From the IMG/VR virus record IMGVR_UViG_3300031992_000044: 64,000 bases of DNA; one strand, given 5' to 3'. The position numbers were made by a program, and so were the translations under genes. The notes beneath the pieces were generated by a model. That model did not search any database, was not told the DNA's origin, and worked only from the letters and a program-made list of their open reading frames with translations. Positions 8,134-16,925 of the stretch are shown piece by piece (within the stretch, counting starts at the first letter, position 1; each line of letters starts with the position of its first letter). Source of the stretch: a virus.

Positions 8134-9999
8134 CTAAAATAACTCTAGTTGCTGTTCAGTGAAGTCGGCAACTATCTTTTTGGCTTCACTGATATAGTAA
8201 CGATAGTTAATCTTTCGATCTTCTATCGGTAGATCATCAAACTTATTCAGGATAGTAACTCCTGATTTTGTTAGCATATTTGCTTTTTCTCTTGTACTTT
8301 CTGGATCATACTTAAATAAATATTTTCCATCTGTACTTGCGTAGAATCTGTTAATCCGTTGTATCTTCTGTTCTCCATGATACACTTCAAACTTCTTATC
8401 AACGGCTTGAGACACGAGGAAATCGCGTATGTCTCTATCGTTCTTAATGAACTCTTCAATAGATTCTCCAGTAGTAAAGTAGTTTATCACAGCCTTTGGA
8501 ATAACCACAGGCGAAAGTCCTTTGCCTAACTTTGTTTCAGTAATAAACATACCTTTTTCTTCTATCTCTCCGCCTTTCAAGACACCAAAGTAGTCATTGA
8601 TTGCGTATTGATAGAATGCTTCGTACTCATCAGTCTCGAATTCTAGACGCGTAAGTTTTTCAACCTCGGCAATAGCGTCTAAAATAGCCTGTTTAAAGCA
8701 CTTTTTAGCCCTGTAGACGACACCATCGGTGTTACACTGAATAATTTCACACCCAAGGTCTAAAAGCCTGTCTACGAGCAAAAGAAGTATTAACTGGCCA
8801 TTAATTCTTATCTTAAAGACATTGAAAGGATCATACATCCAACTTACTTCCTGCTGCATTTTACCAGTAGGAGAATTGAGCACAATCTTCAGAAACTTAT
8901 TCTTTGTAGTCTGACCTGTACGTTTTGCTTCTAGTCTTTCGACTTTCAATCCGGCAAATAGATCGCAAAATAGTTTTCTCAAGTGACGAGGTCCAAATTG
9001 ATATTCTATCAATAAAGACGGGTACATCGACGCCACATCTGCGTGCCCTATAAACTCGTCATCAGCTGGGAGGAATATCTTTGGTGTATGAATAGTATGA
9101 ATACCACCAACACCAATAGAATATACCACATTCGAGAGAACAAACTTCTTCTCGTAGCCTTTTCGCTCCTTAGAGTAAACTACCTGTTTCTTCATTTCCT
9201 CTAAGACGCTCTGTAACTTTGGATTTTTATATGATATAAATGGCAGTATGACATCCTTCAATGGAATATAATCCATCGGGGAACGCATTTCCTTTATTAC
9301 ATTTTTAGGAATACCTGACTTCTCTGAATATTTTTCGAGTAGAAAGGTCTCTGCCATTTTAACAGAATCCATTGATAAACAATCAATTCCGTGTTCTTCT
9401 TGTATGAAGAGTCTGAGTTCTATGTCTTTCTTCAACCGGTTTAATAACTCTGTGGTTGATTCTACATCATTGATATTATAGCCAATCATATTGTCTATTT
9501 GGTCTACTGGTATAGGCTCTTCGAAGTTTCCTTCATATTCATAGACATTACGATAATGCATTGTCACCTGCATGCTTTTAAGACCAACTCGTAGTTTCTG
9601 ACTGAACATCATGGTTAGTAAGTCCATCGATTGAAAGTAATGTGCATACTTCCATCGTTTGAACTTATCTATATTCCCATCTTCTGCATTCACAATAGTT
9701 TGTGAGAGATTAAACAGAGATAAGCATATTCTCCAAAATGGAAGTTGATCCATCTTGTAAAACATATCAATCATATAATTTACTATAACATCATCATAAT
9801 GATGATTATTATATCCACAGAACATTTTGTCTTTGGAGTCATAGTAAAAGAAATCAACCAGTTGTTTTAGCTGGTTGACTCTCTCACTAATTTCGAATTT
9901 ATATAATTGATTAGTCTCTGTATCTTTACACACGCAATGGAAGCAGTTGGGAAATACTTCTATGTCGTATGTTACGACCGTTGCATTGCGTATAATCAT
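8134..9999 (-). CDS. family-B DNA polymerase
   Basis: Exo I YDIEVFPN. Motif A DVASMYPS. Motif B KIVLNSPTGKM. Motif C QCNTDGV. The stop is TAG (8134-8136), immediately followed by TAA (8131-8133). Confidence 0.9.
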   Translation of the reverse strand: MIIRNATVVTYDIEVFPNCFHCVCKDTETNQLYKFEISERVNQLKQLVDFFYYDSKDKMFCGYNNHHYDDVIVNYMIDMFYKMDQLPFWRICLSLFNLSQTIVNAEDGNIDKFKRWKYAHYFQSMDLLTMMFSQKLRVGLKSMQVTMHYRNVYEYEGNFEEPIPVDQIDNMIGYNINDVESTTELLNRLKKDIELRLFIQEEHGIDCLSMDSVKMAETFLLEKYSEKSGIPKNVIKEMRSPMDYIPLKDVILPFISYKNPKLQSVLEEMKKQVVYSKERKGYEKKFVLSNVVYSIGVGGIHTIHTPKIFLPADDEFIGHADVASMYPSLLIEYQFGPRHLRKLFCDLFAGLKVERLEAKRTGQTTKNKFLKIVLNSPTGKMQQEVSWMYDPFNVFKIRINGQLILLLLVDRLLDLGCEIIQCNTDGVVYRAKKCFKQAILDAIAEVEKLTRLEFETDEYEAFYQYAINDYFGVLKGGEIEEKGMFITETKLGKGLSPVVIPKAVINYFTTGESIEEFIKNDRDIRDFLVSQAVDKKFEVYHGEQKIQRINRFYASTDGKYLFKYDPESTREKANMLTKSGVTILNKFDDLPIEDRKINYRYYISEAKKIVADFTEQQLELF

Positions 10000-10025
10000 G
10001 ACTCAAAGGTTCTAAAGATTAATTG

Positions 10026-10138
10026 CGTACACCGAGGAATCGAACCTCTCTCCGTTTCTGGTTAACGAAGAACCATCCTAACGTCTATTGTGTTGGATAT
10101 GATAGCTTGCTGTAATGTTATTGACTCTGGTGGTGTAC
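10026..10138 (-). pseudogene. tRNA-derived element (Arg-TCG-like anticodon arm, T-arm, 7-bp terminal helix, about 40-nt insertion)
   Basis: T-arm GAGG TTCGATT CCTC at 10034-10048. 17-nt arm TGGTT CTTCGTT AACCA at 10059-10075. GTACACC (10132-10138) pairs perfectly with GGTGTAC (10027-10033). No D-arm is recognisable. Confidence 0.35.
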
Positions 10139-10145
10139 TAATCAC

Positions 10146-10934
10146 TTATGCTGCTTTACGCATCATCATGAGATTTGTAGGGAGTATAATTCGTCCCTTT
10201 GTTCCTTTATGGTCTTTTAGATTAGTAGACACAAGATTCATATGTTTTGCATGAATTGTGTCTGTGACCATTTGGGCTTTCTTAAGTAGCTTAGACTTCT
10301 TACTGAGGTCATTTACGTTATGCCCTTCTCCGTTGATGTCTTTTATAGTAGCTACTTCTTTTTCTTCGAACTTCCCATCAGCCGTCTTAAAACGACCAAT
10401 GAGATGTAATTTGTCGTATGCAGAGACTACCATATCTCTGAATCGTTCTACAGCCTTATCGTGTTCTTCTTGCCAAGCAACCTGATATTCGACTTTGAAT
10501 AAGTCGTCATCTTGGCACGGCTTCGGGTTCTTCTTCTCCCACTTAGCCGTTTTATGTTCGACAATCTTTTCCCAAAAGGAAACTCTACTCATTGGTATAG
10601 GATCCTTATGGAAGTATTCTGACTCATGCTTTACAAGCTTATGTTCTGTAGCCCAACCTTTCTCCTTAGAGAATGTTGATATATACTCCCACTTCTTACG
10701 CGAATGAAGTAGACGATGTGGCTGTTTTGTTTTCTCCTGTTTCCAGGGTTTTGCATCCTGTACATAGTGCACATCATTCTTACCAAAGATGACCTTCTTT
10801 AACATCTTAATGTCAAAGATCGGTTTATCTTTAGGCATGTTGTTAACGCAATCGTTAACGTTCCTGGATGCAATAATTGCACGCTTTTTGTTGCGCAGTT
10901 TTACCTCGCGCTGTTTGCTCTTTGATAGTACCAT
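10146..10934 (-). CDS. hypothetical basic protein (262 aa)
   Basis: Intact ORF, preceded by AAAGGAGGTGAA. TAA stop. Confidence 0.5.
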   Translation of the reverse strand: MVLSKSKQREVKLRNKKRAIIASRNVNDCVNNMPKDKPIFDIKMLKKVIFGKNDVHYVQDAKPWKQEKTKQPHRLLHSRKKWEYISTFSKEKGWATEHKLVKHESEYFHKDPIPMSRVSFWEKIVEHKTAKWEKKNPKPCQDDDLFKVEYQVAWQEEHDKAVERFRDMVVSAYDKLHLIGRFKTADGKFEEKEVATIKDINGEGHNVNDLSKKSKLLKKAQMVTDTIHAKHMNLVSTNLKDHKGTKGRIILPTNLMMMRKAA

Positions 10935-10948
10935 AGTTCACCTCCTTT

Positions 10949-11668
10949 CTATGCAGCTTTTTTGAGGCTCGTAGAGGCCTTTTTAGAGCCCGTAGAGCGC
11001 TTTGTTTTCTGCAGGTGGATAACATTAGCCTTGCGATCTTTCTTGGCCTTAGCGAGGCGTTCTCGCTTTGCTGTAAATGCAGTTTTTTTGCTACGTTTCG
11101 TGCGATTCGTATTACGTGACACATTGGCAAACTTACGACGTTCCTTAGCTGCTTTCTTAGCTTCTGCCGTATTGTTTGAAGGCTTCTTCACCTTAATAGG
11201 CTCTGATTTAGGAAGTACAGATTCGAACTTCTTAGCGTACGGGTGGATACTAGCAAATGTCCCTATTGTTTCACGAACTTTTGCCAATACTGACTGATCA
11301 CCTTCTATCAGTGCCCAGCTGAATGTCTCCTTCTTCTTAGTAAGAATAAGAAGTTTACAGTTAATCTTAGCATTCTTCAGGGCCTGTACTGCCATGTCTT
11401 CCATTCCTGAATGGAATATTACATGTATACTATACTGATTAGGCTCCTTGAGCTGCTTCTTCAGCTTTTCTACGCACTCGTTAATCTGTTCTTCAGACAT
11501 ACCCATTCGCTTTGCACGACGCTTAAGAGCATTTACACGACGGTTCTCGTATTCCTGCTCCTTTGCTTTACGAATCTCTTCCTTAGACTTTATAGTCTTT
11601 ACCTTACCTGTTGGTACTTTTGTGGCCTGACCATTCTTGGTAGTTTCCACAGATGTATTTTTATTCAT
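10949..11668 (-). CDS. hypothetical Lys-rich protein (239 aa)
   Basis: Intact ORF. Start context TTATCAAAATG. Stop is TAG (10949-10951), with an in-frame TAA 16 codons downstream. Confidence 0.5.
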   Translation of the reverse strand: MNKNTSVETTKNGQATKVPTGKVKTIKSKEEIRKAKEQEYENRRVNALKRRAKRMGMSEEQINECVEKLKKQLKEPNQYSIHVIFHSGMEDMAVQALKNAKINCKLLILTKKKETFSWALIEGDQSVLAKVRETIGTFASIHPYAKKFESVLPKSEPIKVKKPSNNTAEAKKAAKERRKFANVSRNTNRTKRSKKTAFTAKRERLAKAKKDRKANVIHLQKTKRSTGSKKASTSLKKAA

Positions 11669-11693
11669 TTTGATAATGCTTTATTAGTTAATA

Positions 11694-12068
11694 TTATGCT
11701 ACTTTTTTGTAGCGAATCAGACCCGTTGCTTCCGGATCCCATTCATAGCGAACACCTCGCATATAGAACCCTGCTATTTTACGTGCAGGCATAGACGTTA
11801 CTTTTGCATGCACAACAGGTGCTGTCTTCTCCTTCTTTGGTTGGATGACTATATCTATGTGGTTCACATTGAAACGCTGTTTCATTTCTTCACGTGTAAA
11901 TGTAGTACGCTTACGGTATATCTTTATTTTTACGTACTTCTGCTTTTCAGCATCCCATACACGTTTTGTTCTATATTGACACGAGGTTTTAGCTCGACGT
12001 TCTTTTCTTTCTTTTTCACCGCCGAAGAACTGAGTCTTCTTTAAAGTGGATAAATTCTCTTTTGCCAT
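11694..12068 (-). CDS. hypothetical basic protein (124 aa)
   Basis: Intact ORF. Start context TTATCAAAATG. TAA stop. Confidence 0.5.
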   Translation of the reverse strand: MAKENLSTLKKTQFFGGEKERKERRAKTSCQYRTKRVWDAEKQKYVKIKIYRKRTTFTREEMKQRFNVNHIDIVIQPKKEKTAPVVHAKVTSMPARKIAGFYMRGVRYEWDPEATGLIRYKKVA

Positions 12069-12117
12069 TTTGATAACAGTTTAGAGGGTTTGACATATTT
12101 TTGGGAAAATACATTTG

Positions 12118-12188
12118 TTGGGTCACACGGATTCGAACCATGACTAAGGGAACCAAAATCCCTTGTGCCGCCATTACACCATAACCCA
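12118..12188 (-). tRNA. tRNA-Gln (anticodon TTG)
   Basis: TGGGTTA TG GTGT AATGGCG GCAC A AGGGA TTTTGGT TCCCT TAGT CATGG TTCGAAT CCGTG TGACCCA A. Clean cloverleaf with a U1-A72 start, as in bacterial tRNA-Gln. Confidence 0.85.
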
Positions 12189-12195
12189 GAGTTGC

Positions 12196-12738
12196 TTATA
12201 TAGCAAGCTCAGCTTTAAACTCATCCGCAACAGAAGTAATCTCAATACTTGTATTAGTATTAAACTCCTCCATAGCAGCATCGAAGTTCACCGCTTTAAG
12301 CTGCAACTCCTTAATGAGAGAAGCAATCTTAGCTGAGGTAAACACCTCATCCTTACCCATCTTAGATGCGCCACCCTTCTTCGACTTAGTAGCCGGATCC
12401 AAAGTAGGAACCATCTTAAGCTGAGCAATAGCCTCCTTCATCTCGGTGGCCATAAAAATATTATAATTATTTGTCTTCTTAAACTTCTCCTTATCGAAAG
12501 TAGTCTCACCCATATTCAGATAGAAGAGCATACCCTTGATAAGCACAAGCTTCTCTGACATCTGCATAATCTCATTATACAGAGCCTTGAGGTCATACTT
12601 ACGGAAACCGTTCTTAACCTCCTTCGTGGACAACAAGTTGGTTGTTCGGATCTGCATCCAATTATCCTTCTTTTTCTTATCGATGTCCTTACGAATATTA
12701 ATGATGTTCTTAGAGTTAAACTTTATTGATTTCGTCAT
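12196..12738 (-). CDS. hypothetical protein (180 aa)
   Basis: Intact co-oriented ORF. TAA stop. Confidence 0.5.
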   Translation of the reverse strand: MTKSIKFNSKNIINIRKDIDKKKKDNWMQIRTTNLLSTKEVKNGFRKYDLKALYNEIMQMSEKLVLIKGMLFYLNMGETTFDKEKFKKTNNYNIFMATEMKEAIAQLKMVPTLDPATKSKKGGASKMGKDEVFTSAKIASLIKELQLKAVNFDAAMEEFNTNTSIEITSVADEFKAELAI

Positions 12739-12988
12739 ACGCGTCTTGATTTAAGTTTATACTATACTTGAGAACATCTGCCTACGTAATCTATGGTGGA
12801 TACGATCCCCCATAAACTAAAAAGTATCCTAGGTAGAGCAGTCCCTCAAGACTACTCTACCAGACTCCCTCGAGAGTCATATAGGATAAGATATTGTTGC
12901 TTTCTTTTATGCTTCTTTTTGTGTATAATACATATTGCGATAGTTTTCAATCAGTGACCCCACGAGGTATGATTTAATCTCTTCGAGA

Positions 12989-13582
12989 TTAGTTTTCTTC
13001 TATTACAGTATGTACACCAACAACGCCAAGTTCGCACTCCAGAAATGCTTTTCCAGTTGCATCAGGAAAACGCACCGTTTTGTGAGTTTTTCCATCTATG
13101 TTGACATTAACATTCACAGGATTGTTGACCGGTACAGCAACACGAGCTACGCTCGGGCCCGACTTCCCCAGGGATCCCTCGAGATCCGCTCCACCCTTGT
13201 TATTACATACATGATCATAACATTCCTGTAGACGCTTTACAACCCAGTTGTACTCTTTCTCACGCTGTGACTTTTCCATCAGTTCGCGTCCAAGCCCTTT
13301 TTGTAGGGCTTCCTTATTACCTCCTGCAGAGAGGTCCACCAATGCATCCCATACAGCCGAAACGAATGCATGGAATGTTAGTGGGAATTGACATTTGATA
13401 AGGCGATTCCACCACCAATACCTGGTTTCACCAAGCACTACGATACCAGAATCATGTACCTTATATGTCACATAGGGTCTACCCTCCTCTCCCGCAGACA
13501 TTACTTTATTACGAATCGTCTCGTTGAGCATCAATCGCTCAATGTTCAACTTCGAATCCGGTGTGAGGAGTTTCTTCTTCAT
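12989..13582 (-). CDS. hypothetical protein (197 aa)
   Basis: Intact ORF, 2 nt from the upstream gene. TAA stop. Confidence 0.5.
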   Translation of the reverse strand: MKKKLLTPDSKLNIERLMLNETIRNKVMSAGEEGRPYVTYKVHDSGIVVLGETRYWWWNRLIKCQFPLTFHAFVSAVWDALVDLSAGGNKEALQKGLGRELMEKSQREKEYNWVVKRLQECYDHVCNNKGGADLEGSLGKSGPSVARVAVPVNNPVNVNVNIDGKTHKTVRFPDATGKAFLECELGVVGVHTVIEEN

Positions 13583-13584
13583 GG

Positions 13585-14253
13585 TTACTCAGCGCCGCTA
13601 GTAGCCGATACTTCAACCATAGCACTCACGTCACCCTTCAGGATGTCACGGAAGTCTACGGTCTCTATCTTGGTCTCCTGGAGCTCCTTGGCGAACTTCT
13701 GAGCCTTCTTGGTGTTGTCATTGATGGCACCAATCAGATTCTGCTTAATACTATTCAAAGCCTTAATAAGGGCCTCAACAGCGTTGAGCTCTGACTTGTT
13801 GGCATCGTTGATAACAGTAGCTACTGCTACGGGGTTGAGGAAGAAATTCTCGCCTTCACCCTTGAGGGCGTCAGCTATTGCCTCGGGAGTACCCTTCACC
13901 AGGTTGAATATGTCCTTGTTGAGGGGGAAGAACTGATCGAATGTTCCGTCCTGACGGAGGTTGATTGCGATACCCATCTCACCAGTGACAGGACGCTGAT
14001 AATACTGAGCGCCGAAGATATCGACGTCCTTCAGCATATACTTGTTAATCTTGCGGTTGGGGATCAACATGGTGGAGAGACCGTTACGAACTTTCTCGTT
14101 GTCGGCATCCCAGCCCTGATCGCCACCCTGCCAGGTGTTACGAGATTCTACCTTGTGGTAAGCCTGGCCTACCAACGAACCAACCATAGATCCGATGCCG
14201 CGACTTGTAGGAATTGCAGCCTGGATATTAATGTCAATGTTTTTTGTTTCCAT
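13585..14253 (-). CDS. hypothetical protein (222 aa)
   Basis: Intact ORF. TAA stop. Confidence 0.5.
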   Translation of the reverse strand: METKNIDINIQAAIPTSRGIGSMVGSLVGQAYHKVESRNTWQGGDQGWDADNEKVRNGLSTMLIPNRKINKYMLKDVDIFGAQYYQRPVTGEMGIAINLRQDGTFDQFFPLNKDIFNLVKGTPEAIADALKGEGENFFLNPVAVATVINDANKSELNAVEALIKALNSIKQNLIGAINDNTKKAQKFAKELQETKIETVDFRDILKGDVSAMVEVSATSGAE

Positions 14254-16369
14254 TTTTTTTCTTATCCTTTTTGATATCGTTATTGATTAACTAACGATAA
14301 GAATTAATATTTCCTCCACTTATGGCGGGAGGGTAACCTTTGAGTTTGAAAATGTGGCGTTCTGGCTCAAAGGCTCTACGAACGTTTATCTTTAGATCTT
14401 TTAATGTTAATATCTTTATGCGTGCTCACGAGAGCAATCTTTTTTCATCCAATAGGATCTTCCAGCTAGATAAATTACGTAGCACGAACACTATTTCATT
14501 TATCGGGGACTCAGCGATAGAGTCAGCCATGCCCATCATTAGAAGATTGTTGTATTTTCTGTAAAAGTACAAAAAGTGATATATTGTAACCAAACATAAG
14601 ATCCATTGAGATTATGTTAATAAATAATTTACATGCACTGAATGTTTTCAACACTATTCGTTGGCAGCATTTCACAAGGACTACTGTTCGTAGAATATGC
14701 TTACTAAACCCAGCGGCATTTAACCAACAAAAATTGTGTAATTCTTCCTAGCGTATTTTCCCGTTTTGCTTGGAATCCTTACCATGTTTCTGAATATTTA
14801 ACGAGACTAACAGCAACATTAACGTTCTCGTCCACGCTCAGCATAAGGCATCTCATGCGTAGACATGTTTTATTATCGGAATGGTCTAGAGCTCCAGAAC
14901 TCATTATGGACCTACGGTTTTTTGTTGTACATTCAGCTTTACTGCTGTCTTCTGTTTATAGTGCGCGAATACTGGAGGAATTCCACCTCATACGCTATAA
15001 GATTTATCACCCACCTAAAGATTCACTTTGTCGAACTCTCCTTCAATTTCCTCAAAAGGTATGGATCTCCGGTTTGCTTTACCCCTCCGAGACAGGGAGG
15101 TGATTTCATTTCACGATAGGCTGCCTTACATCGTTTACGTATATTGACTTTATACTTTCTACCCACATAGATTTGCTGTCTATGCTTCGCTTCGTTGCGT
15201 ATTCTGTCTACTTGCTTCTCAGGAACGGTTGGCACTCGATTTCTTGGCGTGAAAGCACCCACAAGCGTTACAAACGGGGTCTTTATCTTCTCCCAGCCAA
15301 GGGACATCTATTAGATTTAACAATATATTTAATGTAACGATATTTTCATAAGCCTTATCTTAGAATCAAGTTATGCCGCACATAAGTTTACTACTCTCAC
15401 TGATATAGTATAACAGGTTCAGGTCTTATTATCTTTTGCATTACACGAGCGATCTCCTTCTGTACTGGATGTACAGTTCTCGAATCGACCCTATCTCACT
15501 ATAAAATAACTTGGGTTTGACTGTCAGGTTGTCATCCTTCGACTCCAGCATTTCCTCTGGTACATCTCCAATCTATATTACTTAACTATCGCTTATCATA
15601 GTCTTTCATACCTTTTGAATAGTCTTTCACCCCGGACTTCACTCGGGTAGCATTCAGTCCTCTAGGACTATACTCCGCATTATGTGGCGCATCCACATGT
15701 GGTCATTTACTTTTAGCACGAATCAATTCCACGTGTCTTATACCGCTTGAACGACCAAAGCCTGGCGGTCACCTTCATCATATTTTTCTCAGTACCCCAT
15801 CCCCGGCACCCCTTCAACGGAGTCGTGCTGAATCGAACAGCAAGGACTTCTCCAAGGAACGTAGTTACGGTACGTCGCAGACAGTTAAACCTTCTGCTAG
15901 GCTCATATACTCCAGTAGTTTTCATCCCTTCATACACGCTGTGGAGGCGTGGAACACTAGACTACAGCTTAATTTGTGATACATCCGTATACTCTTTGGA
16001 TTAGTATACGCTGCAACTCGTGTAACGTGATTCTAGGTCTATGTAATCTCTCGAAACCTAGATCTATCGATACGGTTCGTTTTGCGCTTCTTGCGACTTA
16101 TGTGTCTTCTCTTGACTACCCTCACCAGACGGTTCTCAGGGACCAGAATAGGGTTGATACAACGCTCTCCCTAATATCCACAAGCTTTTCACACTTGCGA
16201 TCTTCCATCCTACCTTTTGAGTTTCTCACCCGTTGAGCGGGCTAACATATTCTCGGATCAAGTAAATTTGCGTACACGGCTAATGAGACCGTTGCCTTAG
16301 CTGTACTGACGTGCTGCCAAACTGGCTGGGGGATACAGGCAGTGTCCCATATCCCCCGCACCGGAGTGA
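14254..16369. other. 2.1-kb ORF-free, hairpin-rich island (function unknown)
   Basis: Only short, mutually overlapping ORFs on both strands. Contains a TGGCTCAAAGGCTC motif copy (14363-14376), a GGTTGTCATCC motif (about 15527-15537), a tRNA-Tyr-like relic and many stems. By eye it is more G+C-rich than flanking genes. Confidence 0.7.
15818..15913 (-). pseudogene. tRNA-Tyr(GTA)-like relic
   Basis: T-arm TGCTG TTCGATT CAGCA at 15826-15842. Arm ACGTA CCGTAAC TACGT at 15859-15875 (C at position 33). D-like arm GCAGA..TCTGC and a long variable region. Acceptor pairing is only 5/7, with extra 5' nucleotides. Confidence 0.35.
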
Positions 16370-16828
16370 TTATCGCTTATAGACTTCCTCACCGTCGACA
16401 ATGAGGATAATGGACTCTTTAGGAGATCCAATAGTGTCTGCGGGATTCTCCTCTCGACCCGCACCGAAGTTGTTTACAACAGGTGGATCAGGTAAGATAG
16501 CTGGAATGCTATCGCCTAAACGTTTCTCTGTTGCACGTGCAGGCTTCGGCGCCCGTACGTATTTTATTTTATACACAATACTGTCTCTATAAACAGTATC
16601 GGGTACTGTAGTATTGCCAAGACATTCTTGACAAGTAGTATCTTTCTCCAAATTCAATTGGAGATCAAGAGGCAGCTTTCCGTACTTATTTGGAGCCCAA
16701 TTAAGTACAGGTGCTGCGCTCGCAGACTTATAGTCTGTGCTATCGTCATGCGAGGGCGCGTATATGGCCAATCCAGTTCCGCCAATGGCAAATAGGATGG
16801 CGCATATAATGGTTGTTATATGTCTCAT
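16370..16828 (-). CDS. secreted/membrane-anchored protein (152 aa)
   Basis: N-terminal hydrophobic signal MRHITTIICAILFAIGGTGLAIYA. TAA stop, followed by an 8-bp GGGGGATA/TATCCCCC hairpin. Confidence 0.55.
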   Translation of the reverse strand: MRHITTIICAILFAIGGTGLAIYAPSHDDSTDYKSASAAPVLNWAPNKYGKLPLDLQLNLEKDTTCQECLGNTTVPDTVYRDSIVYKIKYVRAPKPARATEKRLGDSIPAILPDPPVVNNFGAGREENPADTIGSPKESIILIVDGEEVYKR

Positions 16829-16925
16829 CTTTGATAGAATTAACTTTACAACTCTGTTTGCAGGAGTTTGTCCAGCAATGACCTTGTTTTACTTCCGAAG
16901 CGCACTAAGTACCCATTGCTGGACT

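Noticed and set aside
10935-10948. AAAGGAGGTGAA Shine-Dalgarno-like sequence upstream of gene 10146..10934 as a sign of a non-Bacteroidota host
   Set aside because: It is a single occurrence. Other genes show A/T-rich, SD-less start regions, so no host inference is warranted from one site.
15023-15307. 94-aa basic ORF inside the 2.1-kb island as a real gene
   Set aside because: It is isolated and lacks the recurrent start context. It overlaps plus-strand ORFs of similar length and has no recognisable motif. I left it unannotated, but it cannot be excluded.
14254-16369. Group II (or group I) intron filling the 2.1-kb island
   Set aside because: I found no GUGYG 5' end, no convincing domain-V hairpin (the ATACGGTTCG stretch near 16071 does not fold into a 34-nt D5), no reverse-transcriptase or homing-endonuclease ORF, and no split host gene on either flank. 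A covariance-model search would still be needed to exclude this.
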